A stretch of DNA of 64,000 bases from a virus: the IMG/VR virus record IMGVR_UViG_3300046514_000542, one strand, 5' to 3'. The number at the start of each line of letters is the position of its first letter. Position 1 is the first letter of the stretch. Shown one piece after another: positions 1-6,833 of the stretch. The notes beneath the pieces were generated by a model, which made no database searches, was not told where the DNA came from, and saw nothing but the letters and a program-made list of their open reading frames with translations. Both the position numbers and the translations under genes were made by a program.

Positions 1-1
1 T

Positions 2-169
2 CCGGCAGAAGGTCTTGGTGCACGCTTTGTCGGTAATGTCCGGGTATGGGTAGATCCCAAAATTCCAGGCAAGAACCAAGATGCTAAGCGAGTTTGGTGC
101 GAATGTCCTGCGTGCAACAAGGTTCTTACAGCGGGTAAGCTTCATCAACACATGAAGATCCATCGTTGA
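2..169 (+). CDS. 3' end of a CDS cut by the window edge; zinc-finger-like C-terminus
   Basis: Frame 2 is open from the window edge to TGA 167-169. The tail reads ...VWCECPACNKVLTAGKLHQHMKIHR (CxCPxC ... HxxHxxxH). A terminator hairpin follows directly. Confidence 0.4.
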   Translation, partial: PAEGLGARFVGNVRVWVDPKIPGKNQDAKRVWCECPACNKVLTAGKLHQHMKIHR

Positions 170-172
170 TCG

Positions 173-199
173 GAGCCGACCTTCGGGTCGGCTCTTTTT
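173..199 (+). terminator. rho-independent terminator
   Basis: Stem GAGCCGACC (173-181), loop TTCG, stem GGTCGGCTC (186-194), then TTTTT (195-199). Confidence 0.8.
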
Positions 200-266
200 C
201 TTTCTCAATCTTTTGGATAGAATCCGCGGATAGCGTCTGCCTTCTTTCCGCCGTCATTCCAATCTC

Positions 267-347
267 GCATCCCTGTCATGCATGTCTTTCTGCATCCCTG
301 TCATGCTTGTCTTTCTGCATCCCTGTCATGTCCGCATCCCTGTCATG
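267..347 (+). repeat. four direct copies of GCATCCCTGTCATG
   Basis: Exact 14-mers at 267-280, 292-305, 317-330 and 334-347 (spacing 25, 25, 17). The first two extend to 25-bp units GCATCCCTGTCATGC(A/T)TGTCTTTCT. Confidence 0.9.
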
Positions 348-427
348 CATCTTCGTGCTAACTCATCTTTGCATATCAGTTATGTCAGCATAACTGCCAT
401 GCATTTGCACGTCACATTTAAACAACG

Positions 428-445
428 CGCGAGCGCGCGCTCGCG
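428..445. repeat. perfect 18-bp GC palindrome CGCGAGCGCGCGCTCGCG
   Basis: The sequence equals its own reverse complement. It lies in non-coding DNA between the 14-mer repeats and the promoter-like motif. Confidence 0.85.
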
Positions 446-519
446 TAGCAAATACCGTGCCAACATGTGGTCACTAACCCCTGTGTCTTCCGCATACCAG
501 CCATGCAAATTCTTCTGCA

Positions 520-533
520 TAAAATGCTTTACA
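520..533 (+). promoter_or_regulatory. promoter-like motif TAAAATGCTTTACA (plus-strand copy of a window-wide family)
   Basis: Same -10-like hexamer plus GCTTTACA core as six minus-strand copies. It is oriented toward ORF 622..1149. There is no good -35 at 17 bp. Confidence 0.45.
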
Positions 534-621
534 ACGAGCCCTAATGCCATTAGGTTACATGCATGCCAGCTAGGTGCTGGCGCAACCGCCCCCTAGGGGC
601 ACAACCTGAAAGTACCATACC

Positions 622-1149
622 ATGTCCAAGTCCACTGCAAAGCTCGCCAAGTCCGTTGCTCCCAAGTCCGTCGCCCCCAAGGCACCCCCGGTCACCCCGG
701 TCACCATCCCGGCAGCACCGCACCAAGCGCCGATGGGTATTGCCACCAAAGGCGGGCACCATATCGCCAACGCTCTGTGTCTCCGAGCGCAACGCACTGG
801 TAACCTGTTCGTGCCTGCTACCACGCTCACCCTACAGGGTGCTAACCCGTGGCGTCCCAATACCCCGGGCCACGTCATGTACACCAAGGTCCTTGCACCC
901 TTGGCGGCGGCCGGTAATGGCACGTTCACTTACGAGGCGTTCTGCACAGCGGCTGTCGCCGCTGGGTTCAAGGCAACCGGTACTTACGGCGCTACGGCGC
1001 ATCTCATTTGGCTCTACACCTACGGCGTGTATCTGCAAGCCAATGGCTTGTTGTACGGGCAACAGGGCGCCTTGCCCGTGGCCGCTACCCCTGTAGCGGG
1101 CACCAATCAGCCCGCTACCACGGCCCTTGCTAGCCCGCCTGTAGCGTAA
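622..1149 (+). CDS. hypothetical protein, GC-rich moron-like gene
   Basis: ATG 622, TAA 1147-1149. The gene is visibly more GC-rich than the rest of the window. It has an N-terminal low-complexity linker (AKSVAPKSVAPKAPPVTPVT) and then a globular part. Two hairpins follow it. Confidence 0.55.
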   Translation: MSKSTAKLAKSVAPKSVAPKAPPVTPVTIPAAPHQAPMGIATKGGHHIANALCLRAQRTGNLFVPATTLTLQGANPWRPNTPGHVMYTKVLAPLAAAGNGTFTYEAFCTAAVAAGFKATGTYGATAHLIWLYTYGVYLQANGLLYGQQGALPVAATPVAGTNQPATTALASPPVA

Positions 1150-1156
1150 TCAAAAT

Positions 1157-1180
1157 GGTGCAGGGCCATGGCCCTGCACC
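1157..1180. repeat. perfect 24-bp palindrome GGTGCAGGGCCATGGCCCTGCACC
   Basis: Self-complementary, 8 nt after the stop of ORF 622..1149. There is no U-tract, so it is a hairpin or a protein-binding site. Confidence 0.7.
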
Positions 1181-1202
1181 CCACATCAAGGTCCATACCA
1201 CA

Positions 1203-1230
1203 GGGTGCGGTGTTATGCCGCACCCTTTTT
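1203..1230 (+). terminator. rho-independent terminator
   Basis: Stem GGGTGCGG (1203-1210), 7-nt loop, stem CCGCACCC (1218-1225), then TTTTT (1226-1230). Confidence 0.8.
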
Positions 1231-1329
1231 CTTACCAGAAAACACAGTCATCCTCTATTTTCGCTCTCAATACCCACCAGACAAGGTGAGACCCCTCTAT
1301 CCCAGAATGATGAGACGAGATCCAAGGCC

Positions 1330-1587
1330 CTACCCCCCTACCTCCTTAAACCCAAAATACCACCTTGGACTGTGAGTAAACTCCATCGTTCCCCTTACTC
1401 CATCCACCCGCCTTCGCACCACTACATATGGTGCTAAGAACCCTATTACCTCAAAATCTCGCTGCAACTCCTGTGTATCCCACCGGTCACCTCCCGCCTC
1501 CATCACCCGCTCCAAATCCTTCTGCGGCTGGCCGCTTTCTATCATCGCTCGTCGCACCGGCTCGGTATCATCCTTCATCTTCTTCAT
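1330..1587 (-). CDS. hypothetical protein (85 aa)
   Basis: ATG 1587 (MKKMKDD...). Composition is protein-like. No domain recognised. Confidence 0.5.
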   Translation of the reverse strand: MKKMKDDTEPVRRAMIESGQPQKDLERVMEAGGDRWDTQELQRDFEVIGFLAPYVVVRRRVDGVRGTMEFTHSPRWYFGFKEVGG

Positions 1588-1906
1588 CCTCTATACGTTT
1601 TTCGAAGTACTCTATAACCTTAAACCATGCTTCCTCATTTTTCACACCACCACGGCCATTCATTTCTTCAGTCACACACGCAGCGCAGATATTATACCGG
1701 CTATTCGCTAATCGTTTTCTCACCGCCTCAGGCATTTTATCCACATAACCCATATATCTCCACCCTATATCTCCACCAATGAAACACCGGCTCTTATTTC
1801 TTGCCATTGCAAAATACCCCTTGTCAAACCCGGCAAACTGTGTTATGTCCCTTGTCCCATTGATGGACGCAGAGCCTATGCCACGTCTATCCCTGGAACC
1901 TTCCAC
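1568..1906 (-). CDS. hypothetical protein
   Basis: The ORF runs from GTG 1906. ATG 1807 (MARNKS...) is an alternative start that would leave room for divergent promoters. The C-terminus is acidic (EDEEDEG). Confidence 0.4.
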   Translation of the reverse strand: MEGSRDRRGIGSASINGTRDITQFAGFDKGYFAMARNKSRCFIGGDIGWRYMGYVDKMPEAVRKRLANSRYNICAACVTEEMNGRGGVKNEEAWFKVIEYFEKRIEDEEDEG

Positions 1907-1933
1907 GCTGGCAGGTCTTCCCGCCCATGTCCT

Positions 1934-2302
1934 ATGCCCAAATTTCCTCCATACACGCCTTTGACGTCAGCTGATGCTGACGTTAAGGGCGTTGTTGAGC
2001 ACAAATACGATAAATATGGTATTCCGCCCAAAGACTTTTTGAACGAAGTTGTATGGGATCCCCGGCTACCAATGCCCGTCAGGATTGATGCTGCGAAGGC
2101 GGTCGCTGTGTACGAACACCCGCGCTTGGCCCAGCAGACCCAGGATGTCAACGCCAACCTTAACATCAGAATCCATGGCGGTCTGCCCGCCCTCCCTGGA
2201 ACTAACATCATCATGCCCTCAGGTGATACTTCGGTCGACGACTCCCCCAAGGTCATCACCCCGGCTGAACGAGCTAAGGGCAACGGCCATGGTCCCGATT
2301 AA
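1934..2302 (+). CDS. hypothetical protein; weak small-terminase-like motif
   Basis: ATG 1934, 122 aa. RIDAAKAVAVYEHPRL resembles a motif recalled from small-terminase-type phage proteins (memory-based, weak). Confidence 0.45.
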   Translation: MPKFPPYTPLTSADADVKGVVEHKYDKYGIPPKDFLNEVVWDPRLPMPVRIDAAKAVAVYEHPRLAQQTQDVNANLNIRIHGGLPALPGTNIIMPSGDTSVDDSPKVITPAERAKGNGHGPD

Positions 2303-2511
2303 CCGGTACCACCAGCTTCACGTATTTCCTTAGCAACGTCTTCTAGAATCAGTGGCAGTGCTGTTAATGTTTGAATATCAGCTTGAACAGAAAACCCACT
2401 ACCCCTATCCCCATCTATTACAATAACGATCACACCTCCTCTGCCTTTTATTTTCGCGCCATCAAACGCAGTGGTACATAGATCATCGTATTTTCCTGGC
2501 CCCCAAGGCAT
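2299..2511 (-). CDS. hypothetical protein (70 aa)
   Basis: ATG 2511 preceded by GGAGG. Confidence 0.55.
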   Translation of the reverse strand: MPWGPGKYDDLCTTAFDGAKIKGRGGVIVIVIDGDRGSGFSVQADIQTLTALPLILEDVAKEIREAGGTG

Positions 2512-2515
2512 CTTC

Positions 2516-2749
2516 TTACCTCCCTACCAACTCAGGCGGATACGTGATCCCCTTGCCCTTCACCCATTCCATGTTGACGCAGTCACCACCGTCGGTGAGA
2601 ATCACCCGGTCAATCACGCCCATCTTCACGGCAACCGAGTTTGTGTAGTGCTGGAACGCTTTGACAGCTTCCTCAGCTCCGACGTAGCGCCGCACGTATT
2701 CGTAGTTGCCATCTACGAAAAACTGGCAGACCGAGAACTTGTCAGCCAA
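2516..2749 (-). CDS. small hypothetical protein, paralogue of 2983..3195
   Basis: TTG 2749 with GGAGG 5 nt upstream is preferred over GTG 2803. The C-terminal half aligns to ORF 2983..3195 (..A..AF....VG...L..G...EW...KG..YP.EL). Confidence 0.45.
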   Translation of the reverse strand: MADKFSVCQFFVDGNYEYVRRYVGAEEAVKAFQHYTNSVAVKMGVIDRVILTDGGDCVNMEWVKGKGITYPPELVGR

Positions 2750-2951
2750 GGCCCCCTCCCCGTTCAAGCTTGTCCGCGCATGTGTTGCAATAGGCGTATT
2801 CACGCTTTATCTTAACACTCCTCCCACACCCGGCACACTTTTTCTGCACGCTCTGCCTCTGCGTTTCGTGATAGAAAGTGACATCCTCTTCGCTCTCTAT
2901 ATCATAGAAGCCATAGTTATCGTCGTAGTATGTTGGTTTTCCCTTGTTCAT
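2742..2951 (-). CDS. zinc-ribbon-like small protein
   Basis: ATG 2951 (MNKGKPTYYDD...). Two CxxC pairs (CAGCG ... CNTC). Confidence 0.45.
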   Translation of the reverse strand: MNKGKPTYYDDNYGFYDIESEEDVTFYHETQRQSVQKKCAGCGRSVKIKREYAYCNTCADKLERGGGLG

Positions 2952-2982
2952 AGCTTTGCCCTTTCGTTTTGAACCGTATACA

Positions 2983-3195
2983 TCACACCAACTCTTTTCT
3001 AGGATAGACGACACCTTTACTGGCGTGCCATTCTAGGGTGATATACCCCTTATATAGCAATGTCACACCGACGGTTTTGCTATCACACATATGGATTCTA
3101 AAGGCATCGAGTGCCTCGAATATGCTGATATCTTTGTGTGTGCGGTCGTGATTACGATATATCGTACACACACGTTCGTCTTGTGCTATGTTCAT
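2983..3195 (-). CDS. small hypothetical protein, paralogue of 2516..2749
   Basis: ATG 3195 with GGAG/AAGGA upstream. 70 aa. Confidence 0.55.
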   Translation of the reverse strand: MNIAQDERVCTIYRNHDRTHKDISIFEALDAFRIHMCDSKTVGVTLLYKGYITLEWHASKGVVYPRKELV

Positions 3196-3271
3196 GTTCC
3201 TTACTCCTCTGGTGGTGCGGCGATCGGTACCCTTGAACGGTTACTATGACGGCGCGCCTCTAAGGCACACC

Positions 3272-3350
3272 ACCCGGTTGAATCCGCAGGATACCTTTCT
3301 GGGAGCAACCGACCTCGCCGCTAGCCGACTGAAAGTACATTCAACCGGGT
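3272..3350 (-). promoter_or_regulatory. long hairpin in the 5' leader of the 3195-2299 operon
   Basis: ACCCGGTTGAAT (3272-3283) is the exact reverse complement of ATTCAACCGGGT (3339-3350). That gives a 12-bp perfect stem and a 55-nt loop. It lies between promoter 3359-3395 and ATG 3195. Confidence 0.6.
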
Positions 3351-3358
3351 TAACTGTT

Positions 3359-3395
3359 TGTAAAGCATTATGCCACAACCGGCTATGGACCGCAA
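3359..3395 (-). promoter_or_regulatory. sigma70-type promoter with GCTTTACA core
   Basis: The minus strand reads TTGCGG (3395-3390), 17-nt spacer, CATAAT (3372-3367), GCTTTACA. Confidence 0.6.
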
Positions 3396-3409
3396 CTGTG
3401 AATACATTC

Positions 3410-4069
3410 TCAATAGCGGCACACCTTCTGCCTCATAGCAAACCATCGCTGGATCGGCACGCTGTTGACGTCAGGCGTTATTCCCAACCCGGCTGCGTAC
3501 TGAGTTAGAAACACCGGCCAATCCTGAGCACTCTTGCTCAAGTTACATCCATCACAAAGCCATTGCATGTTGTGCAAGCTGTCTGTTCCGCCCCGTGCTC
3601 TTGGTACAATATGATCCCAATGGGGCGCACCGCCCCTTAGATCCATGTTACAATACGGGTTCGCGCACTTATGACCCTGTAGAGCCATAACCCTGTTTCG
3701 CTCTTCACGGGTTGCACGTATGAACGGAAGCACATTGTTTGGCGTTCCTCCCTGACTTTCCTGGACCGGTAATCTCAACCCCGGTTCAGGCCCTTTTCTG
3801 CAAACCCAGTGAATACAGCTTGCGATACATATGATAAGCAGCGTTGGGATGTATAACAGTACGCTGATAATAAACGGAATATAGTTGTCTTGCCAGATAC
3901 CCAGACAAAACAATCCAGCGATAATAGCAAATCCCAACCCGGCTAAGCCCCTATCGTATTCTCCATTGCGCAGCCATTTGATGCTTTTCCACGCAATGTA
4001 CCCGATACCAAGAGTCACCAACATTGGCGGTATTATTAGGACCCCAGGTCCCATAAGTTTTCTCGACAT
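3410..4069 (-). CDS. HNH endonuclease with N-terminal transmembrane region
   Basis: ATG 4069 with an AAGGAG RBS; the upstream ATG 4108 overlaps the promoter. The N-terminal ~110 aa carry 3-4 hydrophobic helices. The C-terminal HNH core reads HKCANPYC...HWDHIVPRARGG...HNMQWLCDGCN. Confidence 0.8.
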   Translation of the reverse strand: MSRKLMGPGVLIIPPMLVTLGIGYIAWKSIKWLRNGEYDRGLAGLGFAIIAGLFCLGIWQDNYIPFIISVLLYIPTLLIICIASCIHWVCRKGPEPGLRLPVQESQGGTPNNVLPFIRATREERNRVMALQGHKCANPYCNMDLRGGAPHWDHIVPRARGGTDSLHNMQWLCDGCNLSKSAQDWPVFLTQYAAGLGITPDVNSVPIQRWFAMRQKVCRY

Positions 4070-4090
4070 AGTAATCTCCTTTGGGTTGTG

Positions 4091-4127
4091 TGTAAAGCAT
4101 ATTGCCATGCCAAGTTGTGGAATGCAA
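4091..4127 (-). promoter_or_regulatory. sigma70-type promoter with GCTTTACA core
   Basis: The minus strand reads TTGCAT (4127-4122), 17-nt spacer, CAATAT (4104-4099), GCTTTACA, then the AAGGAG RBS of the HNH gene. Confidence 0.65.
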
Positions 4128-4140
4128 CAGTGAATGCCTC

Positions 4141-5445
4141 ATGAACTATCAACCTCTTGCACGTGACATAAAGTCTGGGTACGATATCGAACTCCCAGAC
4201 CTCCACCCCGGTCAAATTGAGGCGTTTAACCTTAGAGCCCGGTTTCGTGCAATCCGCTGCGGTCGGCGTTGGGGTAAGACCGTCTTCCTTAAAACCGTGG
4301 CCTGCGATCTTGCAGCCAAGGGCGCTTCTGTGGGATGGTTTGTCCCAAACTATCGTTACGCATCCGAAGCCTATTCCGAGAATGAGGTCACTCTAGCCCC
4401 GGCCATTCAATCGTCTTCTCGCAACCTCGGTCTTCTGCGCACCAACACCGGCGGACGTATCGAACTGTGGACCCTAGAAGATGAAAAAGCAGGACGATCT
4501 AGGCATTACCACCTTGTCATTATCGATGAAGCTGCGTTTACGAAACCTAATGCAACGGCTGTTTGGGAAAAGGCCATCCGGCCGACCTTACTCGACTTCC
4601 GTGGCGCGGCCATCGTCGCCTCCAACACCAACGGAATCAACGAGGACAATTTCTTCTGGCGCATCTGCAATCTCCCCCAATACGGTTTCACAGAATATCA
4701 CGCCCCATCCCATAGTAACCCATTCCTACCCGCGGACGAGCTGGCTCGACTTGAAGCGGATAACCACCCGCTCGTATACGCACAAGAGTACTTGGCTGAA
4801 TTCGTAGATTGGTCTGGTGAAGCCTTCTTTTCGTTAGCAAACTTGCTAACAGATGGGAAGCCTGAACCATTCCCTTCACGCTGCATGTACGTTTTCGCTA
4901 CGATGGACACTGCCGTCAAAACCGGTAAAGAGAACGACGGAACAGGTGTAGTCTACTGGGCCTATGAGCAACTAGGCGAGGAAAAGTGGCTCAAGATTAT
5001 TGATTATGAATACCTGCAGATCGAGGGCTCGGTTCTTGAATATTGGTTGCCTGCGGTTTATAGAAATCTCGAAGAGTATTCTGTAAGCTGCAAAGCACGG
5101 CTAGGATCGCGTGGTTGCTTTGTTGAGGACAAAGCTTCTGGCAGCATTCTTCTTCAGCAAGCGCGCCGTCGCAATTATCAAGTTCACGAGATGCCGCAGA
5201 AGCTGACACAGCTTGGTAAGGCCGAACGTGCTTTGAACGTTTCTGGTTATGTCTATCGTGGCAAAGTCAAGCTACTAGAAACAGCGTTTAATCGCATCAT
5301 TTCTTTTAAGCAAGTAACCAAGAACCATCTTCTTGGTCAGGTTATGGGCTTTCGTGTAGGTGACGTCGAGGATCGCCATGACGATCTGCTTGACGCTTTT
5401 ACCTACGGTATAGCGATCAGTCTTGGGAACTGGGAGGGGTGGTAA
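4141..5445 (+). CDS. terL: terminase large subunit
   Basis: Walker A-like GRRWGKT and Walker B-like LVIIDEAAF, with a C-terminal nuclease-sized half. ATG 4141 is preferred over TTG 4102. Confidence 0.85.
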   Translation: MNYQPLARDIKSGYDIELPDLHPGQIEAFNLRARFRAIRCGRRWGKTVFLKTVACDLAAKGASVGWFVPNYRYASEAYSENEVTLAPAIQSSSRNLGLLRTNTGGRIELWTLEDEKAGRSRHYHLVIIDEAAFTKPNATAVWEKAIRPTLLDFRGAAIVASNTNGINEDNFFWRICNLPQYGFTEYHAPSHSNPFLPADELARLEADNHPLVYAQEYLAEFVDWSGEAFFSLANLLTDGKPEPFPSRCMYVFATMDTAVKTGKENDGTGVVYWAYEQLGEEKWLKIIDYEYLQIEGSVLEYWLPAVYRNLEEYSVSCKARLGSRGCFVEDKASGSILLQQARRRNYQVHEMPQKLTQLGKAERALNVSGYVYRGKVKLLETAFNRIISFKQVTKNHLLGQVMGFRVGDVEDRHDDLLDAFTYGIAISLGNWEGW

Positions 5446-5448
5446 ATC

Positions 5449-5985
5449 ATGCCCACAATCACAGAAGCTGAAGTTGGCACCATCATCGCTACTGATGGCA
5501 TACTTGCCAGAGTTACGATGATAACCTCACCAACCAGTTATGATGATGACTACTTCAGTTTAACGGATGGTACCAGTGTGCTCTTTAATATACATCTTAC
5601 AACTTCTCATATTGGCGCTGGGAGTGATTTGTTATCGAATGGGCTTGTCCTATTCAAGGAACTAACTGTTAAGAGCATTCCCAAAGGTGCTACATTCGAG
5701 ATCGAATATGGAGTACCACCGACGCTTGCGTCACTCAACCCGGCTATGGCGGTGTCTGGTGACCCAGATTTCGTGATGTCGTGTATTGGCACAGGATTCA
5801 CGGCGGGTTCGGTCATTAGGTTTGGTGATTTTGATGAACCGACGACCTTGGTTTCTGATACCGAGATAACAACCGGTGTGAAACCATCGCTCTTTGCTCC
5901 TGCTGTTGTACCGGTGCTCGTTCGTAATGGGCCGATCTATACGGCACCACTTGACTTTACCTTTACGGAGCCTGTGGCACAATGA
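5449..5985 (+). CDS. Ig-like (IPT/TIG-type) domain protein
   Basis: GGGAGGGG RBS. The C-terminal ~85 aa (LNPAMAVSGDPDFVMSCIGTGFTAGSVIRFGDFDEPTT...FTFTEP) fit the IPT/TIG pattern. Confidence 0.6.
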   Translation: MPTITEAEVGTIIATDGILARVTMITSPTSYDDDYFSLTDGTSVLFNIHLTTSHIGAGSDLLSNGLVLFKELTVKSIPKGATFEIEYGVPPTLASLNPAMAVSGDPDFVMSCIGTGFTAGSVIRFGDFDEPTTLVSDTEITTGVKPSLFAPAVVPVLVRNGPIYTAPLDFTFTEPVAQ

Positions 5986-6317
5986 GCCAACGTCTGCACA
6001 TAAAGTGGAAACTTGGGCAAGATCATCATCGGCGGATGCAGGAGGCTGCATTTAGCCTAGATTCATTGTCACCTGATACGGTTGTTTCTGGGAGTGATGA
6101 TCTGACGCTATCTTGCATTGGATCTAGTTTCAATGCAGAGACAATTATCAAGTTTGGTGATTTTGATGAGCCTACGACGTTAGTATCTTCAACTGAAGTT
6201 ACAACGATCGTTAAACCTTCGCTCTTTGCGCCAGCCGTGGTTCCTGTACAAGTTCACAATGGCCCAGTATACTCGGCTCCATTGTATTTCTCATTCACTG
6301 AACCAGTTACCGCGTGA
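5982..6317 (+). CDS. Ig-like (IPT/TIG-type) domain protein, paralogue of upstream gene
   Basis: ATGA overlap with the upstream stop. The C-terminal domain is close to the upstream gene's (FGDFDEPTTLVS.TE.TT.VKPSLFAPAVVPV.V.NGP.Y.APL.F.FTEP). Confidence 0.55.
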   Translation: MSQRLHIKWKLGQDHHRRMQEAAFSLDSLSPDTVVSGSDDLTLSCIGSSFNAETIIKFGDFDEPTTLVSSTEVTTIVKPSLFAPAVVPVQVHNGPVYSAPLYFSFTEPVTA

Positions 6318-6323
6318 GCGGTA

Positions 6324-6650
6324 ATGGTGGAAGCGGCCATCGGCTGCCCCAGGGGACCCGATGTTGCTAGGGCGGATCGGGTCCCTACTACCATGCGAAA
6401 TGAAGAAGATCCTCGGTGGAACTCTAGGTGGCCATCACCCCCGGTTATCCTTAAAGGTGAGGAACCGGAGATCATTAATGCTGATGGTCAGAAATTGCTT
6501 CGTGTACTAGTAGCTATGAATTTTCTTCATATGAATGATGCCACGCGCGCCATGTTACGTGATAGATATCCTGAAGCCTATGCGCGCTTATTAGAAGCAC
6601 AATATAATGATGCTGAACAAAAGCTTGTTACTCTGTTAATGCGGGAGTGA
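6324..6650 (+). CDS. hypothetical protein (108 aa)
   Basis: ATG 6324. No domain recognised. Confidence 0.5.
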   Translation: MVEAAIGCPRGPDVARADRVPTTMRNEEDPRWNSRWPSPPVILKGEEPEIINADGQKLLRVLVAMNFLHMNDATRAMLRDRYPEAYARLLEAQYNDAEQKLVTLLMRE

Positions 6651-6654
6651 CATC

Positions 6655-6831
6655 ATGGGCGCAAATATCTGGTTTTGGATAATCTACGTGTTCACATTGA
6701 TTTTTGGTATCTGGGGAATGAACCCTTGGCGACCTTCTGGTCAACCTTGGGCACCATTTGGTGGCTGGTTGATTTTGTTTATTTTGACAGGCATTCTAGG
6801 GATATCAGTTTACGGTTCACCGATTAGGTAA
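6655..6831 (+). CDS. small membrane protein (58 aa, not in the ORF track)
   Basis: ATG 6655 to TAA 6829-6831: MGANIWFWIIYVFTLIFGIWGMNPWRPSGQPWAPFGGWLILFILTGILGISVYGSPIR. Two hydrophobic helices. It fills the gap before the portal gene. Confidence 0.45.
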   Translation: MGANIWFWIIYVFTLIFGIWGMNPWRPSGQPWAPFGGWLILFILTGILGISVYGSPIR

Positions 6832-6833
6832 TC

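Noticed and set aside
166-596. ORFs 166..393 and 282..596 (+) across the repeat hub
   Set aside because: Their translations are low-complexity Cys/Ser/Leu-rich and are generated by the 14-bp repeats. The first starts with TTG inside a terminator. The region is better explained as regulatory DNA.
550-1096. ORFs 563..1096 (+), 550..792 (-), 570..929 (-), 832..1062 (-) overlapping ORF 622..1149
   Set aside because: Multiple open frames are expected in GC-rich DNA. These translations are Arg/Pro/Ser-rich and non-protein-like. Only 622..1149 ends at the hairpin/terminator pair.
1876-2283. Minus-strand ORF 1876..2283 as an alternative to plus-strand 1934..2302
   Set aside because: Its translation is low-complexity and non-protein-like. 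The plus-strand product looks like a normal protein.
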